This document shows positions 12,101-25,024 of a stretch of DNA of 64,000 nucleotides, piece by piece. Position 1 is the stretch's first letter. Each line of letters opens with the position of its first letter. The position numbers and the translations under genes are program-made. The notes under the pieces are model-generated. The model saw only the letters and a program-made list of their open reading frames with translations. It had not been told where the DNA came from and did no database searches. Origin of the DNA: Octopus bimaculoides (lineage: Eukaryota); assembly GCF_001194135.2 (NCBI RefSeq), contig NC_068994.1, positions 59,306,641 through 59,370,640 of the forward strand. Direction: 5' to 3'.

Positions 12101-15100
12101 TTGTCAATCATTGCCCTAATTTATAAAACAATTTTTAATACAGACATGAAGGTTTCAAATTTAGGGGATGTAGACCAACTGGTATCTTATGAAAGCAAAG
12201 TTCTCTTTGTTAGGATTCAAACTGAAAGGGTGTACAAATACGGAAATACCAAGAGATATTTTGTCTGGTGCTCAACCAATTCTAATTGAGAAAATGGTGA
12301 TAATGAGAACGTTTGCTCTTTCAACACAAAAACCTCAAGTTCTAAATAAGCACAACAACAAAGAATACAAACAAACAAAAAAAAAAGAGTGTCTCACCTT
12401 CAAACTGATAATGCATTGTTTGGTTAATTCTCTCTGTCACACTACCTAACCATTGATGGAATGTCACAGCTACAGAATTTTCATCAAGTGGAACTGTAAC
12501 TGGGAAGATAAGAAATTTGACAGAGATGATCTCATAGAATATAGTCAAAGCAAGAATTTCAAAAATAGCCACAGAATATAGAAACAGATAGAGCAATGGA
12601 GAATCATCGTTTTAAAATCTAGTTTTGCATGGGTCAGACAAGAATAAGTTGGGGCAGAGTTTTCTACAGTCAGATGCCCTTCCTGATGCTAATATATACC
12701 AGTCTAGAGAATGAAAACAACCCAGACAACGTTACACAAGAAACTGGAAATGAATGACACCTGTTGAATGAGTTCTTGATTTACAAAGATTGCACAACAT
12801 GCCAAGGATGCTGGACATAGGGGTGGATATTAAAGATCTGAACACAACAATGCAGGACTGTGTAGTGTGGAAAGGGATTGTCAATGGAGTTCTAACCAAC
12901 CATAGGTTGGTCAAAGGATGATGATGATTATGTGTACCTGTGTGTGTTGCTGAAGACACGTACACACACACACGTATATATGTATGCATGCAATCATGTA
13001 CGAGTTTCATGGTGTAACAAACCAAAACAGTAGAATTCCAATCCAAAACTTCATCATTAACAAACACAGATCTGCTAACCTCTTCATATTGTACTTACAG
13101 CTTAATTTACTATAAACAGGATAATATAAGAGAAAAGATATTCTATATCAGCAACAAGATGCAAGAAAGATATCAACTTGAATGAATTCAAAGACAATCA
13201 CCAATTAATTTTCCTGACTTTTTTGGTGGTGTACTTGATTTTGTTGGTTGTTGAATGGGTGTCGTTTGTTTGACTGGACTGGACTTGCGAGTCTCAATTC
13301 CTCCATCTTGTAATGTTAACAATGCGCTACTTGCTTGAACTGGAATAATAAAAATCAAGGAAAAATATAGAAAGTCACATTCGAAATTGTTGGTGTGAGC
13401 TTGTCCAACTGTAACAAGAAACTAAATACAAAGGACATTGGTAGCCACTCTTATGCATCATACCCACTTTATTCCCTCTGTACTACTTATGCTCTCCAAC
13501 CTCTGTTCCCTGTGGGTAGGCCCCAATAAATCTCCAACACCTGCTCTCTCTCTCTCCTTCTATCTCACATGGCACACAGCCACTTCCCTCGGTTCCACTC
13601 CCTCGCTCAGCTGAGAGTCTTGCAAGCTACTTGGTGACTCCACTGGTGCTGGTTCCACATAAAACAGCACCCAGTCCACACTCTGTAAAGTGGTTGGCAT
13701 AAGGAAGGGCATCCAGCCGTAGAAACCAGACCAAAATAGAGAATTGAAGCCTGGTGCAGCTCTCTGGCTTGCTGGTTCCTGTCAAACTGACCAACCCATG
13801 CCAGCATGAAAAACAGACAATAAATGATAATGATGAACTAAAGACAGGACACAACTTATGATGGTTGTGGAGGGACTTATTAAAAGATGTAGAGGTGTTG
13901 GGGTTATAGCAAGAGATAGGGACTAGGAACAGATATAGGAGCAATACTCCATTATGGGTCTCCCCTGGACCTTGTAGAATATCAGCAGCTGTAGGAGTCT
14001 GAAATATCTCTGGGCCCTAAAAAAAAAAAAAAAAAGGTTCGGCTAGTCTTTAGAATGTTGTCCTAGCTATATTTAGAATATATTTTTGCCAGGAGGAAAT
14101 TTACAGCAATTGTGAGGGTTCTAGTCGAGTGTCATTCATGCTTAGAGAGAGTGCTGAGCTGTGGTGTTTCTTGAAATGAGTAGCACTTGAGTTTTTATTT
14201 TGATCTTTTATAATAATCATCACATCAACTTAATTTGAGGAAATTAATGGAGAAACAGAGGAATAAAAAAAACAAAGATGTATACAAGCTCACCAAGCAT
14301 GTCATCCTTGCGTAGCTTTTTAGCTGCCGGCCCTAATAAATGTTCCCCAGTGACAACTACTTCTAATGTGGTGGTATCACTTGGTGTAATACTGTTCTCA
14401 GTTGATGGTTGGTAAATTGTGATCAAATTATCTGCTGCAGGAGCTGGGGACAAACAACAACAAAATGTTAACTTTATCAAAAACAAATCACCACTCCCAT
14501 ACATAAAATTAATATTGATATAATAACAAACAAATCATCATCCCTTATATTTTCATAAGCTACACTCTTTATTCATACACACACACTGTAGACATTTGCA
14601 TCGAATATAGTATAGTAAAGCACAGCCCAAACATAACAATCAATCTGTTCAATAAATAAATTTATATCCCTACTTAATAAAGCCCCAATAATTAAACTGA
14701 ATAAAATCCAGCTAAAAAAGGAAATCCATACAACACTGTATTTGAAATATTAACATTGATAGTAAAAGGTAAATCATATCCAACCCCTTTAATATCTTGA
14801 ATACCCTAAGCCCCTTACTCTCACATAAAGAACAGGAAAGCTTTAAATATAGCACGACTATAGGGATGAAATAAAGACAGATTAAGTAAGTCTATTCCCA
14901 ACGACGATATCACCACTCCGAATTGCCTCAAAGTAGATAAGGCAATAATCTGTTTTTAAATCCTACTCATAAATAGCACAAACCCCAATGTGAAAAGAGT
15001 TATAATAGTGGAGTACTTTTAGCACTTGTACATCTTTCACTGGCACTCCGTCGGTTATGACGACAAGGGTTCAAGTTGATCCGACCAATGGAACAGCTTG

Positions 15101-17761
15101 CTTGTGGAATTTACGTGCATGTGGCTGAGCACTCCACAAACATGTGTACCCTTAATGTAGTTCTCAGAGGGAGGTTCAGCATGACACAGAGTGTGACAAG
15201 GCTGAACCCCTTTGAAATACAGGTACTACTCGTTTTTGCCAGCTGAGTGAACTGAAGCAACAACGTGAAATAAAGTGTCTTGCTCAAGGACACAACAATT
15301 GTGAACTGAATACCCTAATCAGAAAACCACATGCCTTCACTAACACATCAGTGACACTCTTTTACAATTACCATGCAGGGCAAAAACAAGGAGACACAAA
15401 CATACACAGGTGTACATATCTGAATAAAGAAATTTTTTTCAAATAAAAATTAATTATACAAAAAAAAAAAAAACAGAATGACAAACATTTTAGAAAGTTT
15501 GTTTTTACAAACATATGTTATGGGATAATCTACATAGAAGAACTCCTGCTATACCAATTATCCCATAACACGCCATGCAGTGGGACCGAACCTGGAACCA
15601 TGAGGTATGGAAGCAAACTTCTTAACCACACAGCCATATCTGCACCTGCATACGTGTGTTTGTGTATTGGTGACAATACTCGACAATCTCGCCCAACCAG
15701 TCTTTTATTACTCAACCCAACAATAAAATGTCTGCCATAAAACATGAAAACAGAAATCTTGGCCTAAATTACATTTTCAGCCATTTTAAATCATGGGAGA
15801 AAATTATGAAAGCAAAAACTTAAAAACAATTTTATTAACAGTTTTTCCCATTAAAATAACAATGTTTCCTTTAATGTAACTAAAGGAAAGCCAGGTAAAC
15901 AATACTTACACTCACTTGTAGAATCTATATTTATGTAATATGCAAACTCTTCAGCAAGTTTATCATCACTGGCAAATGCACAGATGCAAGCATAAAAGTG
16001 TACACATCTTTTGGGACTGTCATCTTTTGCCAAACCAATTTTGTAATTCTGAAGTAAAAAAAAAAAATATATATATATTATTTTTCTGTTTTCCAGATAA
16101 TATTTTAATTTAAATGGTGGATTATTGCACACAAGTTTTAAATGTTTTCATTGTTGCTTCACGAGGAGGAACAGACAGCAAACAATGTCTATTTTTTTAA
16201 TAATTTTTAAATTTTTAGCACAATTCACTTGCAAAGGGGGTTTTCGCCAACAGAATAAACATTTCTTACATTAACACAATACACATACATATACATAGGA
16301 TTTTGTTTTGGAACTGGATCCCAAAGCATATATAAGTTATAGCGTAGGCTGCAACTAGAGGGAAACCTGGAACAATAAAGTGAAACTTGATTTCCAAATA
16401 ATCATCACAAATATGAAATGTTAACGAATGAACAGAAATGGAATATTTTGAAATGAGCTTTCAATTTGCAATTACTTTCAAATTTATTATTTTATAAGGA
16501 GTGAGGTTTTTTTTTTTTTTTATGATGGTGGCATAACTTCCAAAAATTAGGCTGTTCAGCAATTCAAAAAAAAAAGAAATTTGTAATAATGGCATTTAAT
16601 ACATTTAAATATTGACTTTGCTGACTCAAGACACCCAAGCTTAATTTTCTATTTTCCTGACTTGCTTTAGTTTGGTTATCAATCTGACAGAAATATGTAC
16701 TTAAAACCAAAGACTGTCAAAGCAATTTATCAGATTTACCCTTGAGGCAGATACTGGTGTCACGCAACTCGCACCAGTGCCACATAAAAGCACCCATTAC
16801 ACTCTCGGAGTGGTTGGCATCCAGCCATAGAAACCATGCCAAATGAGACTGAAGTCTGGTGCAACCCCTCCGCTTACCAGCCCTGGTCAAACTGTCCAGC
16901 CCATGCCAACATGGACAAGAGACGTTAAATGATGATGTTATCATCAACATATGTTATAAAACAAATGTTATCAACATACCAACGTGCAGCATCAAGATAT
17001 TTGACAGAAAATTTTTGAGCATATCAAATAAATGTGCAAAATATTGATAAAAATTTGAAATGTTCCAAACTTACTTTGAAAGCTTTACAACTGCACTGGA
17101 ATTTATGTTCTGGTTGAGTTCGGTTCCGGCTAGTTTCAAAAAATGCAAAATGTAAAAATCCCAATGGTTGTTTACGATTCACTTTGCATTTAACCACCAT
17201 TATATTTTTGGTGACACGCTGGACAAGAGGTCCAGTAATCTCAGTAGCCATAACCCATATTTCTTGTTTGGTCTCATTTGTTACCTGAAGAGAATTCAAG
17301 GCAGAATTTTTTAAAATAAGTGGGACAGCCTCTTCATCACATTCTATTGCAGCTTTGATATGTGTACATGTTTGGTCCGCAGTGTACTGTGTGTTCCGAC
17401 AACAACTGTCAACATAGCAACGGGACGCTTCTAACAACATACTTGGATTGACTTCAGAGGCTGGGTTGCCTTCAATGTCTTGAACAAAAGGTAACTGTAC
17501 AAATCCCCGGTAATCGGGGCCACGATCACGAAGTCTTACAGAGAACACTTGCATTGTTGAACCAGTAATGATTCGAACCGCATCGGCACTGTGGCCACGC
17601 TTTCTTTCCTTTTCTTTAAAAACAACATCACAAGCTTTGTTTTTGCAACTGATCCCACGTGTGCCATTGTATGTCCCACATTTAGGGCACTTACGAACCC
17701 CACGCAATGTAGGTTTACCAAGGTCCTCAAACAATGCCTTCAGTTTCTCAGCTGTGGTCAT
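9177..17761 (-). CDS. C2orf42: C2orf42 homologue (uncharacterised protein with N-terminal zf-tcix treble-clef zinc finger), 593 aa
   Basis: Coding exons in transcript order 17761-17075, 16048-15916, 14443-14294, 13339-13202, 12499-12398, 11788-11580, 10467-10308, 9379-9177; total 1782 nt, phases consistent. Translated blocks [88 protein letters not shown] and [29 protein letters not shown] match human C2orf42 as recalled. An acceptor at 17799-17800 implies an upstream non-coding exon. Confidence 0.93.
10611..10789. mobile_element. piggyBac-type MITE (TTAA-CCC...GGG-TTAA)
   Basis: TTAA at 10607-10610 followed by ccc; ggg at 10787-10789 followed by TTAA at 10790-10793. Related decayed copies at approx. 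29170-29400, 50790-50970 and 63060-63165. Confidence 0.6.
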
Positions 17762-18884
17762 ACTGATTACTCCCAATGGCAATTTCAGGCAAAGAAGCCT
17801 AGAAAAGAAAAAAATTAGACACAACTATAAATACAAATACAATAAAGAAAATGGTGAATGAATGCGATATTTTGGAAGGAGGGTGGTGTGACCTGCTCTT
17901 TGCAAATTTAACACACACCTATATATATATTCGTATACTGAAGGTAGATCCGGTATGGCCTTAGTGGTGATGACTAAAATAACATCATCTCAACATACAC
18001 CAGTTTTCACTTCAATAGTGCTGACCATTGCTAATCCTAGCAACCCTACTAAGTTTATATTTCTACAGGGATTAAATAACAAAAGTCGTCAAATACTCTT
18101 TCTGGCCTATCTACACTAAATCTCGGTTTAAAAGACAAATAAGCAGCAAATAAATAAGATAAATACCAAATATGACTGTAATTGTTTATGAAACCCAATA
18201 AACTGTGAAGGGTCTGCGTTTTCTTCCAGTTTCATGGTTTGAAAGGCAGGAGATATCTTTTCATGGCTAAAATACTGGTCAATATCAATTAATATTTTGA
18301 GATGATATTGCCTCTACCCTGGTGAACTTAAGGCAATAAAGTATTCTATCCAGGAACCTAAGGAAACACTTCACCCATGGAGTTTGAACTATCATTCTAT
18401 CAGCAGGCAATTCAATACAGTGTCACCTGAGCCACCTCACTTGTACAGTACAGGTGAAGTATTCAATGGATTTCACATGTTTCAGTACAATATAAAGGTG
18501 AACAACAGAATGCTAACAGATGACTTACCTATGAGATCTAGCTAAGCAGTTAGATGTGTAAGACGGTTTATTAAAGAAATCTATTTTGAAGAGGAGGCTG
18601 CAATAACATGGGAATAGAGAAGTGAAGAAAACTCATCTTGATTTTGTTCTTTCACAAAGTTTATGAAGAATTGCCAAACACGTACGTTCCAATTTTAGGA
18701 GAACCAAAGGTGGTACAAACATCTCTCTGCTTTATTTATTATATGTACAATCACAACTGTTGAGAGAACATACAAATAAAGGGGATTATAAATAATGATT
18801 TTCAACCAATAATTATTTTAACACAAATCTGAAATTTTGTGGTCAAATGTGGTAGAAAATGGCAAGTGATTGTCCTAGCTATAA

Positions 18885-19224
18885 CAGGAAACAACTTCTA
18901 TCTCATTCCAGGGTGAAAAACTAGAGGTAGTCGATAGCTTCCGCTATCTGGGCGACCAAGTTAGTAGTGGGGGTGGGTGCGCTGAAAGTGTAGCTGCTAG
19001 AATAAGAATAGCCTGGGCAAAGTTTAGAGAGCTCTTACCCCTGCTGGCGACAAAGGGACTCTCACTCAGAGTAAAAGGCAGACTGTATGACGCATGCGTA
19101 CGAACAACCATGCTACATGGCAGTGAAACATGGGCTGTAACTGCTGAGGACATACGTAAGCTCGCAAGGAATGAAGCCAGTATGCTCCGTTGGATGTGTA
19201 ATGTCAATGTGAATACCCGTCAGA
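18885..19224 (+). mobile_element. RTE-clade LINE fragment (region C-terminal to RT), runs into an assembly gap
   Basis: Reads GEKLEVVDSFRYLGDQVSSGGGCAESVAARIRIAWAKFRELLPLLATKGLSLRVKGRLYDACVRTTMLHGSETWAV, typical of RTE ORFs. Confidence 0.85.
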
Positions 19225-19747
19225 NNNNNNNNNNNNNNNNNNNNNNNNNNNNNNNNNNNNNNNNNNNNNNNNNNNNNNNNNNNNNNNNNNNNNNNNNNNN
19301 NNNNNNNNNNNNNNNNNNNNNNNNNNNNNNNNNNNNNNNNNNNNNNNNNNNNNNNNNNNNNNNNNNNNNNNNNNNNNNNNNNNNNNNNNNNNNNNNNNNN
19401 NNNNNNNNNNNNNNNNNNNNNNNNNNNNNNNNNNNNNNNNNNNNNNNNNNNNNNNNNNNNNNNNNNNNNNNNNNNNNNNNNNNNNNNNNNNNNNNNNNNN
19501 NNNNNNNNNNNNNNNNNNNNNNNNNNNNNNNNNNNNNNNNNNNNNNNNNNNNNNNNNNNNNNNNNNNNNNNNNNNNNNNNNNNNNNNNNNNNNNNNNNNN
19601 NNNNNNNNNNNNNNNNNNNNNNNNNNNNNNNNNNNNNNNNNNNNNNNNNNNNNNNNNNNNNNNNNNNNNNNNNNNNNNNNNNNNNNNNNNNNNNNNNNNN
19701 NNNNNNNNNNNNNNNNNNNNNNNNNNNNNNNNNNNNNNNNNNNNNNG
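19225..19747. other. Assembly gap (N run); additional 10-N gaps at 8857, 22295, 33100, 59549 and 62889
   Basis: Direct reading. Confidence 0.99.
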
Positions 19748-22026
19748 GCACATAAAAGACACCATTTCGAGCGTGGCCGTTTTCGTGCGGGTGACACGTA
19801 AAAGCACCCACTACACTCTGAGTGGTTGGCGTTAGGAAGGGCATCCAGCTGTAGAAACTCTGCCAAATTAGACTGGAGCCTGGTGTTGCCATCCGGTTTC
19901 ACCAGTCCTCAGTCAAATCGTCCAACCCATGCTAGCATGGAAAGCGGACGTTAAACGATGATGATGATGATGATAACATTAGGGATAAGACACAAGTAGG
20001 AAAAATATCAATCTCCACAAGACACCAAAGTAGACTGGATTGGATTGAAACTTGGTTTCAGACGACTTTCAATAAGGTTGATTATCATGTGCCACGTAAA
20101 AAGCACTGGTGTTCGTGCAAAGAAAAATGCACTGGCGGTGCTGGTGCCACATAAAAAGCACCCAGTACACTGAAACCTGGTGCAGCTCCTATCAAACCGA
20201 CTGACAGCATGAAAAAAACAGACGTTAAATGATCATCATTAGCTCCTCATAGTTCTAGATGCTGCAAGGTTAGGATACATTGCCAGCTTCCATTTGACAT
20301 CGCTTTTCCTATTATGAATAATTAAAAACACAACGTTAGGTGTTCTTCAACTTGAGTAAAGGCTTCAGTCTTTTGTTACTTCAAGCAGACGAAATTATAA
20401 ATACCACCAGGAAGACAGAAAACGACACTGATAGTGATTGAAGTAAAATCATGAAATAAGGGACTGCAATTATGTTAAAAATTTGGAACCTTAATAATAA
20501 ACTGCATTTCACCACGTGTCAAGAAGTAATTGTTGTTTTCCAGCCCCGCCATCTCTACATGTGCTTTGAAAGCAACCAACAACAACAAAAAAGAAACTGA
20601 TGAGATCATTGTCAGCTTCAATAAACAATCGATAGAAAATTAACGATTAACATTCGTCGTAATTTATATATTGATTTCAATACGTTGTACAAGCAATAAA
20701 CTAAAAACGTGATTGCTAATTATTGTGGCAGGTGAAACCAAACTCGTTAACTCTCTGTTGTTATTAATTATTGAAAACCGAAGCCAACCTGTCTGTTATG
20801 TTTGAAATTAAATGTACACAAGAGGAAACTGAAAATAGGAGCTATTGGGATGTCTTTAAGAAATAGATGAAACAATTCATCTCAAGAAGATTCTAACTTG
20901 AGACATTTTAGGAGATTTAGACATCAAAACATTCAATGTTAGAAGACGACTGGTGACGGAGGAAAGAAAGCATAATCAAAAAGCTCTCCATTAGCCTTGG
21001 ACTGAAACACAAAAGTATTAATTAAACTGTAATTACTGGCAGGATGAGGGAGATTTTTTAGAATTATTATTAAATAAAATATTCAGGAGGAAGGAAGGGA
21101 AAAAAATAACAGAACGCTGATATTGGAGATTAATAGGAGGTAATAATGGAGAAATATTTAAGACGGATGTTGTGGAATTGGTTAAACGAAGACAAGAAAT
21201 TACAGTGGAAGATCTAAAAGACATAGTTACCTGTTTAATAATTGCTAAACCATGTTCGAATGATTATAATTGTTTGTATTGAGGAGAGAAACAAATACAG
21301 ACGGACATGTTGGAAATTTATCTAAAAAACGAAAAGTAGGCGATTGTTGATTGGCTGAATTTAACCACATGATATTAACTTTTATTTCATTGGTTAAACA
21401 CAAAGACTCGTACACATACACAAACACATACATACATAGACACGCATACACATACACGCATGCACACATATACACACACACACACACACATGTAATCAGA
21501 CTCAATAACTAATGCTTTCATATTCACCTCTCCTATTTGCTCTCTTCCCCTCACCCCCACCTCTATCTATGCAGTTATTTGGTTATCGACTAGACAAGAA
21601 TAATAATGATACCCATCAGGAGTCCCTACTGCATGAAATCTTAACAGTAAGGCTGGCACACTTGATGTACTAACACCAAGAAATTTTACTTCATTAAATT
21701 TCATTCTTGTTGTTGTTGTTGATGATGATGATGATGGTGATGGTGGTGGTGGTGATGGTGATGGTGATGATGATGATTATTATTATTATTATTATTATTT
21801 CTACTAAAGGCACAAGGCCTGGAATTTGGTGGGGAGAGGGCAAGTCGAATACACCAACCTCAGTGCTCCACTGGGACTTATTTCATTGACCTCGAAAGGA
21901 TGAAAGGCAGCGTTGACTTCACCATAATTTGAACTCAGAATGTAGCGACTGGTGAAATACTGCCGAGCATTTTATCTAGCATACTAACGATTCTACCAGC
22001 TTGCCACCTTGCCCCAGCAAAACATT

Positions 22027-22057
<31 letters not shown>

Positions 22058-22604
22058 GTAAGTTTTATGTGTACCTTTCCTTCATTGGACACTAAACTCC
22101 GCTTGCGAAGACCTGTTGAGGCAAGTGAAATCGAAACTGAACTAAATTCGATAACTGGCACCCATGCCAACGTCGTCTCCTTCATTGGATACGAAACTCA
22201 GCTTGCGAAGACTTATTGGGGCAAGCGAAAGCGAAATCGGGATGATACCTGTGCCCAGCGTCGCCTTTCTGGCACTTGTGCCCGCAGCATGTGTNNNNNN
22301 NNNNCGAGCGAGATCGTTGCCAGTGCCCCTGGACTGGCTCTTGTGCGGGTGGCACATAAAATACACCATTCGAGCGTGGCCGTTGCCAGTACCACCTGAC
22401 TGGCCTTTGTGCGGGTGGCACGTATAAGCACCCACTACACTCTCAGAGTGGTTGGCGTTAGGAAGGGCATCCAGCTGTAGAAACTCTGCCAAATCAGATT
22501 GGAGCCTGGTGTAGCCATCTGGTCCACCAGTCCTCAGTCAAATCGTCCAACCCATGCTAGCATGGAAAGCGGACGTTAAACGATGATGATGATGATGATG
22601 CTAC

Positions 22605-23290
22605 TTCAAAAATGAATGACAATGATCTCATCTTCATGGCTAGGAATTTCAATGGTCATGCTGGGCAGTAGCCGGGTATCTTCCATGGTGTATATGGGGG
22701 CCCTGGAATTGGTTCCTGAAACAAAGAGGAATCAAGGCTACTGGAGTTCTGTGATGCAAATAACCTATTGATCTGCAACACCAACTTCAGGAAGCCAGCC
22801 AGCCACCTGATAACCTGGCAATTGGGTGACCACACTAGCCACATCAATTACATTCTTGCCAGACAACCAGATACATGATTACTCATAAATACAAAAACCT
22901 TCCTTCGTGAAGAATGTACCCCCACAACATAGACTAATCATTAGTGACTTAAGACATTCGGCCAGAAGGATGGCAAGAAGCCGACCAATCTGGAGAAGAA
23001 GGATTTGGAAGCTTAAGGATCCTGTACATGGTCAGAGATTTAGGGACACCCTAATTGAGAAATTTGATGATAGAGAGGAGAAACTGCTGACCTGTAACAT
23101 AGAGGACAACTGGGAATTCCTGTAGGACAGCTTGCTGAGTGCCACAGACTAAATCTGTGGCTGGAACAAAGTCCCATCTAAACCTTGGGTGATGTGGTGG
23201 TGAAATGATGCTGTAAACAAGACTATTAGAGCAAAGAAACAAACTTGAAAGGATTGGAAGTGTGGAGGTAGTAGGGAACTCAATTCTTAA
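22605..23290 (+). mobile_element. Decayed RTE LINE, AP-endonuclease region
   Basis: Reads DLIFMARNFNGHAG, LEFCDANNLLICNTNFRKPASHLITW...HINYIL, ECTPQHRLIISDL, RRRIWKLKDP, with stops and frameshifts. Confidence 0.75.
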
Positions 23291-23700
23291 TAACCATTCC
23301 TGGCATTTTTTCCATGATTGTTTCCTTTCCAACTTTACATTTACTGCGCACAAGTCCACCCCCCCCCATCACCGCCACAACCATCTCTAGTCTTGTTTCA
23401 TCAAGGACTAGTCACCTTGTATAGTGAAGGAATGGAGCACGAGAAATTACACCCAATGCATTCTGTGAACTGGTTGGTGATAGGAAGAGCATTCAGTGGG
23501 TAGATTTGAGGAGCCTTATCTACCAGTAGGAGGCTACAATGAATGACAGCCCTTCAACTGATGCCAGCACTGAAAGTGGAAATGAAAAGATGAGGAAGTG
23601 GAATGACGTGCGCGTGTAACAAGTGTAGCTGTTTATCGATTAATAAGAGATCCTTCATTCATAAAATTCGGTTATGAAAATTTTAAATGTTGTTTACTTT

Positions 23701-23739
23701 GTATGTATGTATGTATGTATGTATGTATGTATGTATGTA

Positions 23740-23775
<36 letters not shown>

Positions 23776-23828
23776 TATGTATGTATGTATGTATGTATGT
23801 ATGTATGTATGTATGTATACATGTATGT
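23701..23828. repeat. Compound (TATG)n-(TG)n-(TATG)n microsatellite
   Basis: Direct reading. Confidence 0.95.
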
Positions 23829-23859
23829 ACAGTTTTTCTCTCTCTTTTTTCATTCTCTC

Positions 23860-23945
23860 TCTCTTTATTTTCTCTTATTCCTTTCTGTCGAAGAGCGTAG
23901 GTTCGAAACGTAAAAGACTTCGTCTTTTGTTTTTCTGTAATTTGA
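23860..23945 (+). mobile_element. Penelope-like element terminal-repeat fragment with a minimal hammerhead-like motif
   Basis: cttt-CTGTCGA-a-gagc(gtag)gttc-GAAA-CGTA-aaag at 23881-23916. Confidence 0.45.
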
Positions 23946-24599
23946 ACTGTATATATGCACAGTTACAAAGATTAAAAAAAAAAATCAACCCAAACTACCA
24001 GAGTCTTCGAAAATTTTTTCCTAAAACATGTGGAAAGAAATGAAAGTAGAAATATGTTGTAACCTACTTATTAGAGAAATAACAAATTGCTAACATTTTA
24101 AGTGTGTCACAAGTTCAAAACGAGTTTTACAGTTATCGATCAATTTCTGGGCTGATTGAGAACCATGTCAACAGTGTTTCTTTGTAACTTCTTAAAAAAT
24201 GCGTATTGTAATGAAATTTTTCAGAGATACGTCTTTAGAATAAACAATATTTGGAAGAATTTCAAATCATTTCCCCCATCTTGACTTTGTTGACACTAAT
24301 TTCCGTAACTTTCATATTTTTTACTTTTTAAACCACTGTTTGAATCATCAGCTGTATGTAACCTAAAATCTCAAAAACCTATTTATTACAAGTGACATTA
24401 AAAAATAGGTATTCTTTCGTTTCATAAAGCATAGTTGTCAGTATAAGAGGAAGAACAGTCCGAAATTCCTTAAATAAAACAAAACTATACCCTCAAAAAT
24501 GTAGCTCTGTAAAATTTCGTTAAAAAATATGCACTCTAAATAGATTAATGAAAAGTTGAAGGATCACAATATATTTCGTGTGTGCGTTTGTGTTTGTTT

Positions 24600-24942
24600 T
24601 GTTGTTATTGCGACGAATTATTTCGACCAAGTTTATTCAATGCCATCGATGCATGTCATATAAAATAGTCACAACACAATCACCCCGTGCTGCTGTTTTA
24701 CTGTTATATTTTTATTAAATGTTTTACAATAATTAATATTAATGTTCCTAATGAGCAGAGGGTGTAGCCGACGGCCTCATAGGAGACATGCCTTTTGTTT
24801 ATTTACATTCATACAAACTAACACACTTTTAAGTATTTAATTTATATCGATAGAATTAACTTTTAAAATTATTTTCAAAAATTATTCGCAAGAAATTAAA
24901 TTGAAACTTTTTTTTTTTTTTGGTTTGTTTTCTTTTATAAAG
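24600..24942 (+). promoter_or_regulatory. Probable promoter/5' UTR zone and 5' UTR intron acceptor of the sugar transporter
   Basis: Local CpG enrichment against a CpG-poor background; long pyrimidine tract ending tataaAG at 24941-24942, 83 nt before the ATG. Confidence 0.4.
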
Positions 24943-25024
24943 GTCACTTTAACTTTGAAGACGTTTATTTTCATTGATAGAAGGGACAACCGCCATTCTT
25001 ACATTGAAAACCGATACCGGAAAG

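Noticed and set aside
19110-19902. Long ORFs of 195-259 aa in the ORF track
   Set aside because: They are mostly X residues from the N gap; the real parts are an RTE fragment and a SINE tail.
21700-21800. Poly-Met/Val/Ile ORF
   Set aside because: Translation of compound (GTT)(GAT)(GGT)(ATT) trinucleotide microsatellites.
24974-25024. ORF-track start of the transporter at 24974 (476 aa)
   Set aside because: Starts at TTG rather than ATG; ATG 25025 gives a normal N-terminus before TM1.
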